Shown: one piece after another, positions 36,800 through 50,214 of the stretch | How the letters are laid out: every line of letters begins with the position of its first letter | How positions within the stretch are numbered: position 1 is the stretch's first letter | Source of the DNA: Chiloscyllium plagiosum | Lineage: Eukaryota | DNA length: 64,000 nucleotides | Assembly: GCF_004010195.1 (NCBI RefSeq) | Contig: NC_057756.1 | Location: forward strand, 405,805-469,804 | Direction of reading: 5' to 3' | The notes under the pieces: model-generated | What the model was told of the DNA's origin: nothing | The model's database searches: none | Seen by the model: only the letters and a program-made list of their open reading frames with translations | Made by a program: the position numbers and the translations under genes

Positions 36800-37647
36800 C
36801 AGACATGTGGATTGCAAACAGAAGAAGGGCAGTTGGCTCCCCGCCTGCTGTGCACTTCAGTAAATCCATGCCTCAGCTGTTTGTGGAATACTGCATTCCC
36901 ATCTAATTACACCACGTAATATTTGATTCCCTTGCCTAACCGTCTACAAGAACTATAAAGCGATTCAATACAAAGAACCTATGGATATTCTTAAGAGGAA
37001 AATCAGGAAGACAAAGTGGGGATATGAGATAGCATTGGCAGGTCACATTAAGGATAATGCAGAGAGGTTCTACGAATACAGTAAGAGCAAGAAGACAACT
37101 AAAGAGAGGGTATGACCTCTTAAAGATCAAATAGGTTGTTTTTATGCTGAACCCAGGAAATGGAAGGGATACTAAATGAATGCTTCGAATCAGTTTTTAC
37201 TCGGGAGAAAGAAATGGAGTCGGGAGAATGCAGAGAAATAAACTTTGATGTTTTAAAACAGTTTACAGAAAAAGTAGTTCGGGAGGCCTTAGAGCATAAA
37301 GAGATGGACAAATCTCCAGGGCGTGATCTTTCGCTGTGGGAAGTAGGGGTGAAAATTATGAGATGCCTTGCAGAAATATTTGTATTATCTATAATTAAGG
37401 GTGAGATGCTCGATGACTGGAGGGTGGCTAATATTAACCTTTGTTTAAAGAATGTTGAAAGAATAAATTGGGGAACTCTAGCATACAATTACAACTTTTA
37501 AAATATGTTTGGATGGATACATAAACAAGAAAGGGATGGAGGGATATGGGCCAGCAGATAGGTGGGGCTAGTTTAGTTTGGGATTATGTTTGACATGGAC
37601 TGGTTGGACCGAACGGTCTGTTTCCATGCTTTATGACTCTATGATTC
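36800..37647. mobile_element. Cluster of CR1 fragments (36800-36950 -, 36950-37647 +)
   Basis: ILNECFESVFTRE..DKSPG..DDWRVANI, and a 3' tail CTATGATTC. Confidence 0.78.
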
Positions 37648-38296
37648 GATGATAGACCTTCTGAAACAAAGAGATCGAAATTTGCCTAAATCTCTGAGAA
37701 AAATGTATTCGCTTCAAATTTATGTTACGGGTGTGGTTCCTGTTTTGTGTACCTTCCGTCCTAAGTCTGGACACACAACAGGAAACATCCTTTCTGCTGT
37801 TGCCTTCAAAAACATCTTAAATATCAAAGATTGATTCTGCACGTCCTCTTCAAATCTTCAACAAAATACTCTAAATTACACATACTGCAAGCTGATCATT
37901 CGAATTATCAACACAGAAAACTTTCACTTGGTCACTTCCAATGTGATTATAGCCTTTTTAAAGAAGGGAGTCAACGTTTCACTCACCAAAGTTGCTGGCT
38001 AACTGTGTTCATGCTCATTTCTCTCAACTTAACGGAGAACATTACACTATCCTTCTTAACTACCTGTTGTAATTTAGTGAGAACTCATTGTTTTCTATGT
38101 AACGAGAAAGCCTATATCCCTCTACACCTCTGAATTATGGTAAGGTTTTTGATGTACATATCCCTAAGATTACACTCACCTTCATTTACGTTTTTCCTTG
38201 ACGGCAATGGACAGCTTTCCTTCTTTATGAGAAATGGGTGTAATTTCTATTCTGATCGACGAAGATGCAAACGTTTGTTTTCATTTAAATTTGAGA

Positions 38297-38630
38297 AATC
38301 ATAGAATCAGTGTGGAAACAGGTCCTTCCGCCCAACAAGTCCATACTGACCCTCCAAAAAGTACCCCACCTAGACCCATCCAATATTTCCCCCTGACCAA
38401 CGCATCTCCTCTACACATCCCTGAACGCTATGGGCAATTTAGCATGGCCAATTCACCTAACCTGCACAACTTTGGATTGTGGGAGGAAACCGGAACACTA
38501 GGAGGAAACCCACACAGACACGAGGGGTATGTGCAAACGCCACACAGACAGTTACCCGAGGCTGGAGTCGAACCCGGGTTCTTGGTGCTGTGAGGCAGCA
38601 GTGCTAACCACTGAGCCACAATGCCGCCCC
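38297..38630 (-). mobile_element. HE1-type V-SINE
   Basis: Full head, V domain and tail. Confidence 0.92.
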
Positions 38631-40014
38631 TAATAATTGCCCATGAATTCACTTGGAAATCAAAAAATAACAAGGAACAGGATTGCACAGCTTCAGAGCC
38701 ACGAATCTGACGAAAATGAAATATTAATGGGGCAAACTTCAACATGGGGAGTAGGTGAAATAAAAAGAAAAAAATACCTTTTGCTAAAAAAAAAGCTCTT
38801 TCCTGATCCAGCATTTTCTGGGAACAATATCAAAGAAACGCATTGTCAAAATGGTCCTGTAGCATCTGCAAAACACGGAATCAATGCAGTTACTTTTCCT
38901 TTCAAATCTTTAGAGCATGAAATATTCTTGGTGTGAGTGGGTACAACAGCAATATAAATGGTTTATAAACATCTGCCATGAGTTGTACATTGATAAAAAA
39001 AAGGTAGATATGTTTGGAATAATTTTCTAGGCCCTGGAAATGTTTTGAAACCCAGAACCAAAAAGTGTCAAATGTCTAAGCATATGCTTTGTTTGCGATT
39101 TGAAAACAATATTCAGTAGTTTCCTAGGGGAATAACCAGAGTTTCATTCTCGTAAAGTTAATTTCAGAAAAGCAGAGCTGATAGAATTGTATTAATTTTC
39201 ACATGACAAATAGAAATAGCAGTCAGATAGCCTAAACTGTAACCTACTTTCATGGCTGTGTACCAACACAGCAGAAACATTGTTCTACATATCTTGACCA
39301 ACTTTATTTGCTTAAAGGAGATCGGTTTCATTGGCTGTTAGCAGTGACAAGTTACATGAGCGGAAACTCAGGGAGTATATTCGTTGCAAATCCATGGAAA
39401 CAACTGCGCCCGGTGATCTCGGTTTTCTAAATTAGGTACATTTTTCCATTAGAAATAAATGTAATTGGTCCATTCATAAGAGGTTTTCCAGATATATGGC
39501 TGCAGTACTAAGGCACACAGGGGTAAGAATGGTAATGTTTATCGCTGTTTATCATCCTCGCATTAACTTTAAAATGTAGTTAGACACCATCTTTTGCATT
39601 AGCAACATTTCTTTTTTAAATTGGCATGTAAGACTTGAACAGCCATTCAGTATTCTTTATTACCTCTAAGATGTCCAAGTTGGTGCAGAGATAATCACGT
39701 GCTACTGGGCTCTCTTCACAATTGCGTTCAGGTCTCCATTATATTTCCGGTATCGAAGTACATTGTTGCTGGGTTTAAAACTAAAACTCTGATATTCTAG
39801 AATTACCAATTCCTAACAGAGGTTCGTTCAATGACATGTTTGTCCCGATCACATGTCCTTGTACGGAATTGGTTAGAATTCTCTCAGCACCTTCGGAAGT
39901 ACACAATTGTATGTATGGAAGTTTAGGAAACTGATTCGGCTTTACCGAGTTCGCATACAACTGAAGGTGATTGCTTGGTACCTCCTTTGAACGAGCACAC
40001 GTATTCTGATGGCC

Positions 40015-40385
40015 AGAATGATAGAGTTAGAGAACAGGAGACATACTCTTTGGTCCAACTTGTCCATGCCTACCAACTTTTCCATACTAAACTAGTCCTA
40101 TTTACCTTCGTTTCGTCCATACCCCTCTAAACCTTTTCTACTTAAGTACCTGTCCAAATGCCTTTAAAACTGCATATGCCACCTCTTCTGGCAGTTCATT
40201 CTACCTGCGAACATTTGCATGAAAAATTTGTCCCTGAGGTCCTCATATAAAAATATGCCCTCTACTTTTCCTACACCGGGAAAACATTTTTACTCTTTAC
40301 CTTTCTATGCCCCTCATGATTTTATAAGCCTCCATAAGGTCACCCCTCAAACGTCTCCACTCCAGTGAAAAAAATATTCCCAGAA
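40015..40385 (-). mobile_element. CR1 3' fragment
   Basis: Similar to 19228-19640. Confidence 0.75.
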
Positions 40386-41029
40386 GATGCAGCTGGCTCA
40401 GAGGAAACTGCATATAACTGAACTGTTCAATAAAGAACCATCACTTATTTCTGTAACTCTCTGAAAAATCCTTTAAAATTAGATACTTCTCTGTGATCCA
40501 ATGCACAGCGGGTACACAAAGAAGTTTAGAAAAAGTTAAAACCTACTTTAACTTCTGGGAAACCGGACATGACATCCATTTCACCCCACTTGACTGTCTG
40601 TGTGTGCTGCAAATGGAGATTATAACTTGGCTTGTGCCAGAAATTTAAATTGAAACGTGCTTTTTATTTGTTCAGTTATTTCACGTGGCATTGCAATTAC
40701 AAAGAGAAAGATTGCAGATGATAAATAGTTGAAACCACTCTTTGGCATACTTGTATCTGACCTTTACAGAATATGTGAAATGACATGCATTATTCAAGTC
40801 ACATACTAAATGTTACTGAACTGGTGATTCAACATACAGAAATGTATTCTATGCAAAACATAAGTTTAAAAGAATATAATCGATCATATTGACAGATATA
40901 ATATTTGACATGCCAAAGGCTAAGAGGTAATCATATATTTTAGATTGGTCCACCAAAACAATGATTTACAAAGGACACTCCCAATGGCAGCCAGTGATAC
41001 ATTTCTGAGTCATAATTTGCTGCACAAAA

Positions 41030-41535
41030 TGCAGGGCATTGGAGAGGACACCATGGAATATTGTGAGCAGTTTGGCCTCCTTATCAGAGGAAAGATATTC
41101 TTTCCATAGACCGGGTGCAGCGAAGGCTAACCAAATTGATTCTGGGATGGCAGGACTGACATATGAGGATGGATTGAGGATCGTACTCACTAGAGTTTAG
41201 AAGAATGAGGGAGGTTCTCATGGAAACCTATACAATTCTCACAGGATTAGACAGGTTAGAAACTGGCATGATGTTCCAATTGGTGGAGGAGTCCAGAAAC
41301 AGGAGTCAGATGAGGAGAAGTTTCTTCACCCAAAGAATGGTGAGCCTATGGAATGCATTGTCACAGAATAGGATTGAAGAAGGGGGTAGGCATGCCCCTT
41401 CTGGTTAAAGGGATCAAGGGGATGGAGAAAGAGCAGGAATAAAGGAATTTACTCAATGATCAAACATGATTATATTAAATGGGAGAACAGTGTCAATGGA
41501 TCGAATTACTTCCTTGTGCTCTTATCATCTGTTTC
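41030..41535 (+). mobile_element. CR1 3' fragment
   Basis: METYTILTGLDRL..RRSFFTQRMVSLWNAL. Confidence 0.75.
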
Positions 41536-42517
41536 TGACGAATCATCATATTTACTTGCGTATCATTTTTATCGCATTGTTATGGAAGAATGCTTGCTAA
41601 AGTAACAGTGAGGAACAAAGTATCGTCGATAGCACTTTTTCCCTCGAACTTTACTAAGTTATACGTCATTTGTTCCAAACTGCATGAAGTGCATACAGAT
41701 ACTTTGCTTTTGGAGACAGAACACTATTGTTCTCCTTCTAAAGTGAAACACAGTGACAAGAATAGGAACACTAGTTTTTCTCATGTCCTTGAACCATTAA
41801 TGAATTATTGTTCTCCCCCTCCAAAACAAAAATACAATTGGAAAAGACAATTGGCGTGGGGCAGCACCAAGCTTTCTTGAATGCTTTTGCTTCCACTATC
41901 CTAATTGGCTGACTCAGTCAGAAGAATCTTATCCGGGTTGCGGGGGTAAACTCGGCTTGAAAATCGTGGATCAATGGACTTTTCTATAAAGAAGATCTTC
42001 GCTGTTTGCAAAGAAATCATCCTTTACTGAAATGTATGTAAATATTTCTGACAAAAATATGTATTTTTGTTTTTAATGTGAACTCTTGCACATAAGGTGA
42101 AGGTTTCTGTGCGGGGGTCAGGTTTATTTTGGAAAACAATTTCTTTGATATGAGCAAAAGTGGGTTTTGTGTGTCGAGACAAAGAGAAAGACAGAGAGGA
42201 AATGAAAAAAAATAGAGGGCATTCGAGGGATGCAATGCAAAGATGCAAGAGTGTGACATAAATTGTCGGAAAGAAAGGACAGAGGGTGCTGATAGAATCC
42301 TTTAATTTACTTTAATTTACTGTGCGTTTTACTGAACAGCAATGAATGTACAAGTTCGTTATTCATAAGACTGGGCTTCAGTCATATTCGAAGAGAAGGT
42401 CTGAAGCACTCTCAAAAAAGGATGCGCATGTGAGAGAGCCACTCTACACGAGAAACCGACAATGCGGAATCTGGGAGAGGCACCATGCAAGTAATAAAAA
42501 GGTGGTGAGAGACTCTA

Positions 42518-42825
42518 AGTTAAAAATCCAGTTTGAGTTATCGTCCACCAGGTTTATTTGGAAGTATTAGCTTTCGGAGCGCAATCAGGTGATTGTGGAA
42601 AATAAGATTGTAAGACACAGAATTTATAGCAAAAGTTTCCAGTGTGATGTAACTGAAATTAAATAGTGAAAAAGACCCTGATTGTTTGTTAAGTCTCTCA
42701 TTTTTTAGAATGACCATGTTGGTCAGTTCTTTCATATGTAAATCGCAAAACATTTTTTAAAAGTGACATTCTAAAGTGCACTTTAACTATTGGTGTCATG
42801 TTGGCCCAGATAAGGTATTGAGACT
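42518..42825 (-). mobile_element. Penelope-like end (family A), hammerhead partly deleted
   Basis: Matches 30365-30542 and extends further into the element. Confidence 0.75.
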
Positions 42826-43196
42826 TTGAGAGCTCCGTGTGAGCGCCAGTATGTGTAATAGACCGTGGCAGTGTATGCTTTGTTGAGATCGCTGTGTTAA
42901 CGCATCTGTTTGTGCATGTGTCTCGTATGCGTGAGTGTATGTGTCAGCATATAGGTGCGTATGTGAGAGAAGTACTGCGTCTCTAAAGTACCAAACTTAA
43001 ACGTGTAAGAAGCTGTGCGCATGAGAGACCTAACTTTGTGCTTAGTTAAACCTCCACGTTTGTGTGGCTGAATGACTACTCAATATCTAAGAGGCAGCGT
43101 GTTGTGCACAGCCAAGCTGGCCTCATCTTTTCAAGCTCTGATCAGCAGTACTGCTAAACAATAGCTGTTCATTTACTCAACTGCTTTCAAAATCAA

Positions 43197-43290
43197 AAAT
43201 CACACAACACCAGGTTATAGTCCAACCTGGTATTGTGTGATTTTTAATTTTGTACACCCCAGTCCAACACCGGCATCTCCAAATTATGGA
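43197..43290. mobile_element. Mini fold-back PLE (family A)
   Basis: AAATCACACAACACCAGGTT..AACCTGGTATTGTGTGATTT hairpin plus tail. TSD TTTCAAA(A/G)TCAA at 43185-43196 and 43291-43302. Confidence 0.78.
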
Positions 43291-43320
43291 TTTCAAAGTC
43301 AACTGACTTAATGGAAAGAC

Positions 43321-43520
43321 AGTGTGTTGCTGGAAAAGCGCAGCAGGTCAGGCAGCATCCAAGGAGCAGGAGAATCGACGTTTCGGGCATGAGCCCTTCT
43401 TCAGGAAATCATGGCCGAAACGTCGATTCTCCTGCTCCTTGGATGCTGCCTGACCTGCTGCGCTTTTCCAGCAACACATTATCAGCTCTGATCTCCAGCA
43501 TCTGCAGTCCTCACTTTCTC
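43321..43520. mobile_element. 200-bp fold-back PLE (family B)
   Basis: Perfect 64-bp inverted repeat (43323-43386 / 43415-43478). Perfect 14-bp TSD CTTAATGGAAAGAC (43307-43320, 43521-43534). Confidence 0.88.
43375..43406 (-). ncRNA. Minimal type-I hammerhead ribozyme motif (PLE-associated)
   Basis: UC-CUGAAGA-A-GGGC-UCAU-GCCC-GAAA-CG-UC-GA: intact catalytic core, stem II, palindromic ACGU at helix III, very short stem I. Confidence 0.65.
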
Positions 43521-44059
43521 CTTAATGGAAAGACTGTAAAATGTCAGACAAAGAGTAGACTGAAAGCCTGCACGTTCACACTCTGTAACTGGAAAGAGAA
43601 AAGTCGATATGTGACATCAGCGGATGGCTGATTTTCTGGTAAATATTTCGTGTTTATATTACTAGGAAAATTGCAATCTATGTTAATAGACAATAAATGG
43701 ACTATTAATGATGAAAGTCAAAGCAGGAGATTGATTACAGTGTAATCACTAAGACAACTAATTGAGTTAAAGCTATTAGATGGCCTTAGTGATGTGTGAG
43801 ACTGTTATGTGAACAGCAGCGTGATTGATGCAAAACGAGTCTGTATTAAGTGTCTGTGGCTGGATCTCAATTTCAATGAGTTGGAGTCCAGACTGCAATG
43901 TTGCCTTCAAGAAGTGGGGCAATTAATCTGGAAATGGTGCTTCATTTGTTGGTCTCACTGCTTTGAATAGAGTAATTTGGTCTGTCAAACTCTCAGGTAC
44001 AGGAGTGTACAACAGTATGTGAGGAAGGCTTGTGTGTTAAGAAGTTAGATATGAAATAC

Positions 44060-44495
44060 CCGACTGTACCTTAAGTTTTCGAAAATTTCTAGGACTGGAG
44101 AGTTTCAGTTATAAAGAAAGGGTGGAGAGGCTGGGACATTTTTCACTTGATGGTAGGAGGTTGAGGAATGATCCTGGAGAGATTATGAAATCATGTGGAG
44201 GCAGAGATAAGATATTTCCCCAGGAGGGTCAAAAGCAAGATGGCATATATTTATGTTGAGAGGGAAAGATTTAAAAGGGGTAAGAAGATGGTCCGTAAGT
44301 GGAATGAACTGCTAGAGTCAGTGAAATACGTGAGGACATTTGCAATATTTAAAAGTTACTTGGATAGGTACATGAGTAAGAAAGGTTGAGAGGGATATTG
44401 GCCAAAGCAGGCAACTGGGACTAGTTTAAATAAGAAACTTGATAGCATGGAAAGGTTGGGCAGAAGGATTTGCTTCTGTCCTGTTTGACTCTATG
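44060..44495 (+). mobile_element. CR1 3' fragment
   Basis: MVRKWNELLESV..FKSYLDRYM, and a tail GACTCTATG. Confidence 0.75.
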
Positions 44496-44624
44496 TTCTT
44501 TCAAACTGTGTTGATGAAAATGGGGACACCACGTTGATGAGCAAACTATGGTTTGTTGGATATTAGAGCTCTTCCAGTTGCAGGAGTTAATAGGGATGTA
44601 ATGATAAGAAAGGACAGCATAACT

Positions 44625-47515
44625 AACATAGAACATAGAACAGTAGAGCACAGTACATGCCCTTTGGCCCCCAATATTGTGCCAACCTTTCACCCTACAC
44701 TAAGATCAGACTAACCTACATATCCTTCATTGCGCTATCTCCCATGTGCCTATCCAAGAGTTGCTGAAATGTTGCTAATGTGTCTGACTGTACACAACTG
44801 CTGGCAGTGTATTCCACGCACCCACCACTCTCTGCGTAAAGAACCTACCTATGTCTTCTTCCCTAAACCTTCCTTCAATCACCTTAAAATTATGCCCCCT
44901 CATGATAGACATTTCCACCATGGTAAAAAGACTCTGGCTATCACTATATCTGTGCCTGTCATCATCTTGTACGCCTCTATCAAGTCACATCTCATAATTC
45001 TTTGCTCCAATGAGAAAAGCAGTCACTCCCTCAATCTTTCTTCAGAAGATATGCTCTCCAGTCCAGGTAGCATCCTGGTAAATTTCCTCTGCACCCCTCT
45101 CTAAAGCTTCCACATCTTTCCAATGATGAGGTGACAAGAACTGAACACAATATTCCAAGTGGGGTATAACCAGGGAACCATAAAGCTGCAGCACAACCTC
45201 GCAGCTCTTAAACTCAATCCCCCTGTTAATGAAAGCCAACACACCATATTGAAAACCTTCTTAACAACCCTATCAACTTGGGTGGCAACTTTGAGGAATC
45301 TATGGACATGGAATGCAAGATCCCTCTGTTCCTCCACACTGCCAAGAATCCTGCCTTTAACCTGTGTTCTGCATTCAAATTCAACCTTCCAAAGTGAATG
45401 ACTTCACAATTTTCCAGGTTGAACTCCATCTGCCACTTGTCAGTCCCATTCTGCATCCTTGCAATGTCCTGACAGCAGACCTCCACACCATCCATAACTC
45501 CACCAACCTTTGTGCCATCGGCACACTTACTAACCCACCCTTCCACTTCCTCATCCAAGTCATATATAAAAATCACAAAGAACAGAGGTCCCAGAACCGA
45601 TCCCTATGGAACACCACTGTCATCAAGCTCTAGGCTGAATACTTTCCATCTACTACCACTCTCTGTCTTCAATAGGCCAGCCAATTCTGTATCAAGATAG
45701 ACAGATTTCCCTGCATCCCATGCCTCCTTACTTTCTGAATGAGCCTACCATTGGGAACCTGATCAAACGACTTGCTAAAATCCATGTACACCACATTCAC
45801 TGCTTTACCTCCAACACTGTGTTTTGTCACAACCTCAAAGAATTCAATAAGGCTTGTGAGGCATGATCTGCCCTTCACAAACCCATGTCGACTATCTCTA
45901 ATTAAACTATGATTTTCCAAGTAATCATAAATCCTGTCTCTCAGAATCTTCTTCAATACTTTGCCCACCACAGATGTAAGACTGACTGGCCTGTAATTCC
46001 CAGGAATGCCTCTATTCCCTTTCTTGAACATGGGAATAATATTTGCCACCTTCCAACCATTTGGAACGGATTCAATGGACAGTGAAGACACAAAGATCAT
46101 CACCAAAGGTGCAGAAATCTCTTCCCTCACTTCCTGTAGTAACCTAGGGTATATCCTGTCTTGCCAAGGATATTTATCCATCCTTACGTTTTTCAAAAAT
46201 TTCCTGACATCCTCCTTCTTAACATCAACCTGTTCGAACATATCAGTCTGTTTCACGCTGTCCTCACAATGTCAAGGTCTCTCTCAGCAGTGACGTCAGG
46301 CACAGGTTCCCTCCACCATCCTGATTGACCCTATCCCTTACTCTGGCCATCCTCTTGTTCCTCATGTAAGTGTAGAATGCTTTAGAACTTTCTTTTCCTG
46401 CACCCTTTTAGCTATGCTAAAGCTTTTCATGCACCTTTTAGCTATCCTAAGTCCATTCCTCGTTTCCTTCCTGGCTACCTTGTAACCCTCTAAAGCCCTG
46501 CCTGATCCTTGCCTCCTCAACCTAAAGTAAGCTTCCTTCTATCTCCTGACTAGATGTTCACCAAAGGTTCTATTAACCTACCATCCCTTCCTTGCCTCAG
46601 TGGGACAAATGTGTCCAGCACTCTCAGCAAGTGTTTCCTACACAATCTCCATATTTCAATCATGTATTCTCCTGAGAACATATGTTTACAATGTAATAAC
46701 ATTGTAATTCTCCCTCCCCAGTTAAGTACTTTCCCATACAGTCTGCTCCTATCCCTTGACATGTGTATAGTAAAGGTCAAGGAGTTGTGATCACTGTCAC
46801 CGAATTGGTCTCCCACCGAGAGATCTGACACCTTGCATGTTTCGTTGCCAAGCACGAAATACAATACAGCCTCCCCTTTAGTCTGTCTATCTACATATTG
46901 AGTCTGGAACCCTTCCTGGACACATATGACAAAAGCCTGCTCCAACCAACCTATTTGAACTAAGTAACTTCCAAGGTATATTAGGAAAGTTAAGTTCACC
47001 CCGACAACAAACCTGTTACTTCTGCATCTTTCCAAAATCTGTCTCCCAATCTACTCCTCTGTGTCTCTCTTGGTATCGAGTGGTCTGTAGGAAACTCCCA
47101 ATAAAGTGACTGCTCCTTTACTGTTTCTGACTTCTACCCATATTGACTCTGTAGCCAAACCCTCCTGAACGATCTCCTTTTCTGCAGCTGTGATACTATC
47201 CCTGATTAACAATGCCACTCCCCCACCTCTTTTCCTTCCCCTCTATTCATTTTGAAACATCTAAACTCTAGAACATCCAACAACCATTCCTGCTCCTTTG
47301 ATAGCCAAGTCTCCGTAATGGCCACAACATCAGAGTTCCAAGTACTGATCCATGCTCGAATTTTGTCACCCTTATTCCTGATACTTCTTGCATTAAAATA
47401 GACTTCAAGCCATCACACTGGCTGCACCTTTGCCCTACCAAGTGTCCATCCCTCCTCACAGACTCTCTGCATGCAGTACCTGGCTGTTCATTACCTTTCT
47501 CCATCATCCGATAGG
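44625..47515 (-). mobile_element. CR1 LINE, most of ORF2 (endonuclease + RT), frameshifted
   Basis: GDSDHNSL, PGNYRPVSLTSVVGK, HGFVKGRSCLTSLIEFF, YMDFSKSFD, and an (AACATAG)n tail. Confidence 0.93.
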
Positions 47516-47520
47516 CAATT

Positions 47521-50050
47521 TATAGAACCATCGATTCACTACAGTGTGGAAGCCAGTCACTCAGCCTATCAAAACCCCACTGACCCTCTGAAGAGCATTC
47601 CAACCAGATCCACACCATCTCTCCTGTCACGCTTCTGTCAAGATACCTCTTAAGCATTTCTATTGTGTCTGCCTTCAACACCTCCTCTGGCAGTGCATTC
47701 CAGGCATTTGCCAAGGCTTGTGTCAAAGTCTTGCCTCTCACATATCCTTCAAATTTACCACATTTCACCTTCAAACGATGTCGCCTTTTCTAATTGATAT
47801 TTCTACCCTCGGAAAAAAGACTCTGACTATCCATTCTGTCAATGTCTCTCATAATATTGTAAAATTCTATCAGGTGATCCCTCAGCCTCCGATGTTGAAG
47901 TGCAAACAAACAAAGTTTGTCAAATATCTAACTAAGGATAAGGTTAACTCATAACTAATACTCTTCAAACCAGGCAGCAGACTGGTAAACATTTCTATAC
48001 CATTTCCAAAGGCTCTTTATTCTTTTGCTAGTGTGGTGATGACTCGAACTACGCAGAATATTCTACATATGGTGTAACTAATTTTTTATGCAGCTGAACC
48101 ATGACTTTCCATTGTTATACCCTGATTTATAATGCACAAAAGCTGTATGACTTCTTGATCATCTTACCCATTTGTGCTGCCACTATAAAAGTAACTGTGG
48201 GCCAGTACACCTCAATCTCTTTGTATGTTAATGGTACAAAGTGTTCTGCCATTTACTGTATACTTCCCAGCTGCATTAGAGCTTCCAGAATGCATCATAT
48301 CAGATTTGTCTGGATTACATCTTCCATTTCTCTGTACATATAGAAAAACATAGAAAAATACACCGCAGTACAGGCCCTTTGGCCCTCGATGTTGTGGTGA
48401 TCCAAACCCACCTAACCTACACTAGCCCACTATCCTCCATATGCCTATCCAATGCCCGTTTAAATGCCCATAAAGAGGGAGAGTCCACCACTGCTACTGG
48501 CAGGGCATTCCATGAACATATATCTAGCCTATCCGTATTTAGCCTACCTATATCATCTGGCAATCCTCCTCACTACCCACAGTTCCCCCAATATTTGTGT
48601 CGTCCACAAACTGCCTCGTCAGACCATCTAGTTCTCCTCCAAATCATACTTGTTCAAAGCTTTGTTGAAGTTGATATCGACAACATCTACTTGCCTCATC
48701 AATCTTCTTTGTCACTTCCTCAAAAAAAACTCAGTCAAGTTTGTGGGACGCAATCTTCCTTGCGCAAAGCCATGCTGTCTATCGCTAATGAGTCTATACT
48801 TTTGCAATTGTGAGTAAATCCTATCCTTAAAAATCTTCTCCAATGATTTCCCTACCACTGACATAGAGCTTACTGGTCTGTAACTTACTGAATTATCACT
48901 GTTGCCCTTAAACAAAGAACAACATTGTCTATTCTCCACTCCTCTGGGCCCTCAGTGAGTACAGATCATAGAAAGATTTCGTAGAAGACTCCAACAATTT
49001 TGCACCCTCCCTCCCCCTCACCGCACCCCACCCCCACCCCCCATCTCCCTCAGCATTCTGTAATAGATCTCATCAGGTCCTGGGCAATTGTTCAACTTGA
49101 TGCTTTTTGCAGCACCCAACATTCCCTCCCTTTATATAGCAACACACTGTAGAATATCAGTATATCCCTCCCAAGATTCAATATCCACCATGCCCTTCTC
49201 CTTTATGAATAGTGATGTGTTCATGCATAAATTAACTCCTTTGTCCTTGAATGGACTTACCCTTTTGCTGCATAAAATGCCTTGGAATTTGCCTTAATCC
49301 TGTTTGCCAAAGCTATTTCATAGCCATTTTAGCACCCCGAATTCCTGTTTGCGTTATTTCTTGCCATCTCTGCATTCTTCTAAGTCTTTGCCTGTCTTCA
49401 GTTTCCCAAACCTTATTTATGCCTCCTGTTTCACTTTTTGAGGAAGCTCTGAATTTCATCGGTCATCCAAGGTTTGAGGATCTTGCCATTCTTATTCTTG
49501 GTTTTCACAGGAACATGCTAGTGCTGACCTCGAATCAACTGGCCTTTAAAAGATTCTCACATTGAATTTACCCTCAAATAGCCACCCCAATCAATATTGT
49601 CCAGTATCTGCCTAAGTATTTACACACAGTATCAAACAACAAAAATAATCCCCTGGACAAACCTAACAATTCCTCCACATCCAAGTGCCTGGCAATAAGC
49701 TAGTCATAGTAAATGTAGGGTACATTAAAAATCATCCATCACAATAACATTGTTGCTGTACATTTTTCTATAATTTGTCCACATAGCTGTTCCTCTATCA
49801 CCCGTTGGTTGTTGGGAAGCACAATCCCATCAAAGTGACTGTTCTCTTCTCATTCCTGAGCTCGACTTATATAGCTTCATTGGATAAGCCCTCCAAGATG
49901 TCCTTCCTCAGTACATCTGTGAGCTCCCCGCTTATCAGAAATTTAAATCTCCACCTTTTTTAAAACATGCCTTTTGATCTCGCCTGAAGTCCCGCAAAGT
50001 TAAGCAATCAGTCTTGTGCCTCTATCAACAATGAGCTTGTGACAGCTATG
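47521..50050 (-). mobile_element. Older CR1 LINE, with a younger CR1 tail inserted at ~48340-48515
   Basis: YRPVSSMSVVGK..QHGFAQGR, and NAWNALPEEV. Confidence 0.8.
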
Positions 50051-50214
50051 GCATTAAAATTATAGACCTCGATTAATTGAGAAAACTTAATTATCTGAAG
50101 GACATGGGCAGGGAGTATTTTATGAATTCTGGATTATCAAATCCTGAATAACATAGTTTAGTTGCACATTAGGATCTTGCAATCTTGTTAGATAATCCGA
50201 TATTCAGCTATCGA

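Noticed and set aside
43321..43520. DNA-transposon MITE or pre-miRNA interpretation of the hairpins
   Set aside because: Asymmetric arms, variable long TSDs, hammerhead cores and GIY-YIG linkage point to a Penelope-like origin.
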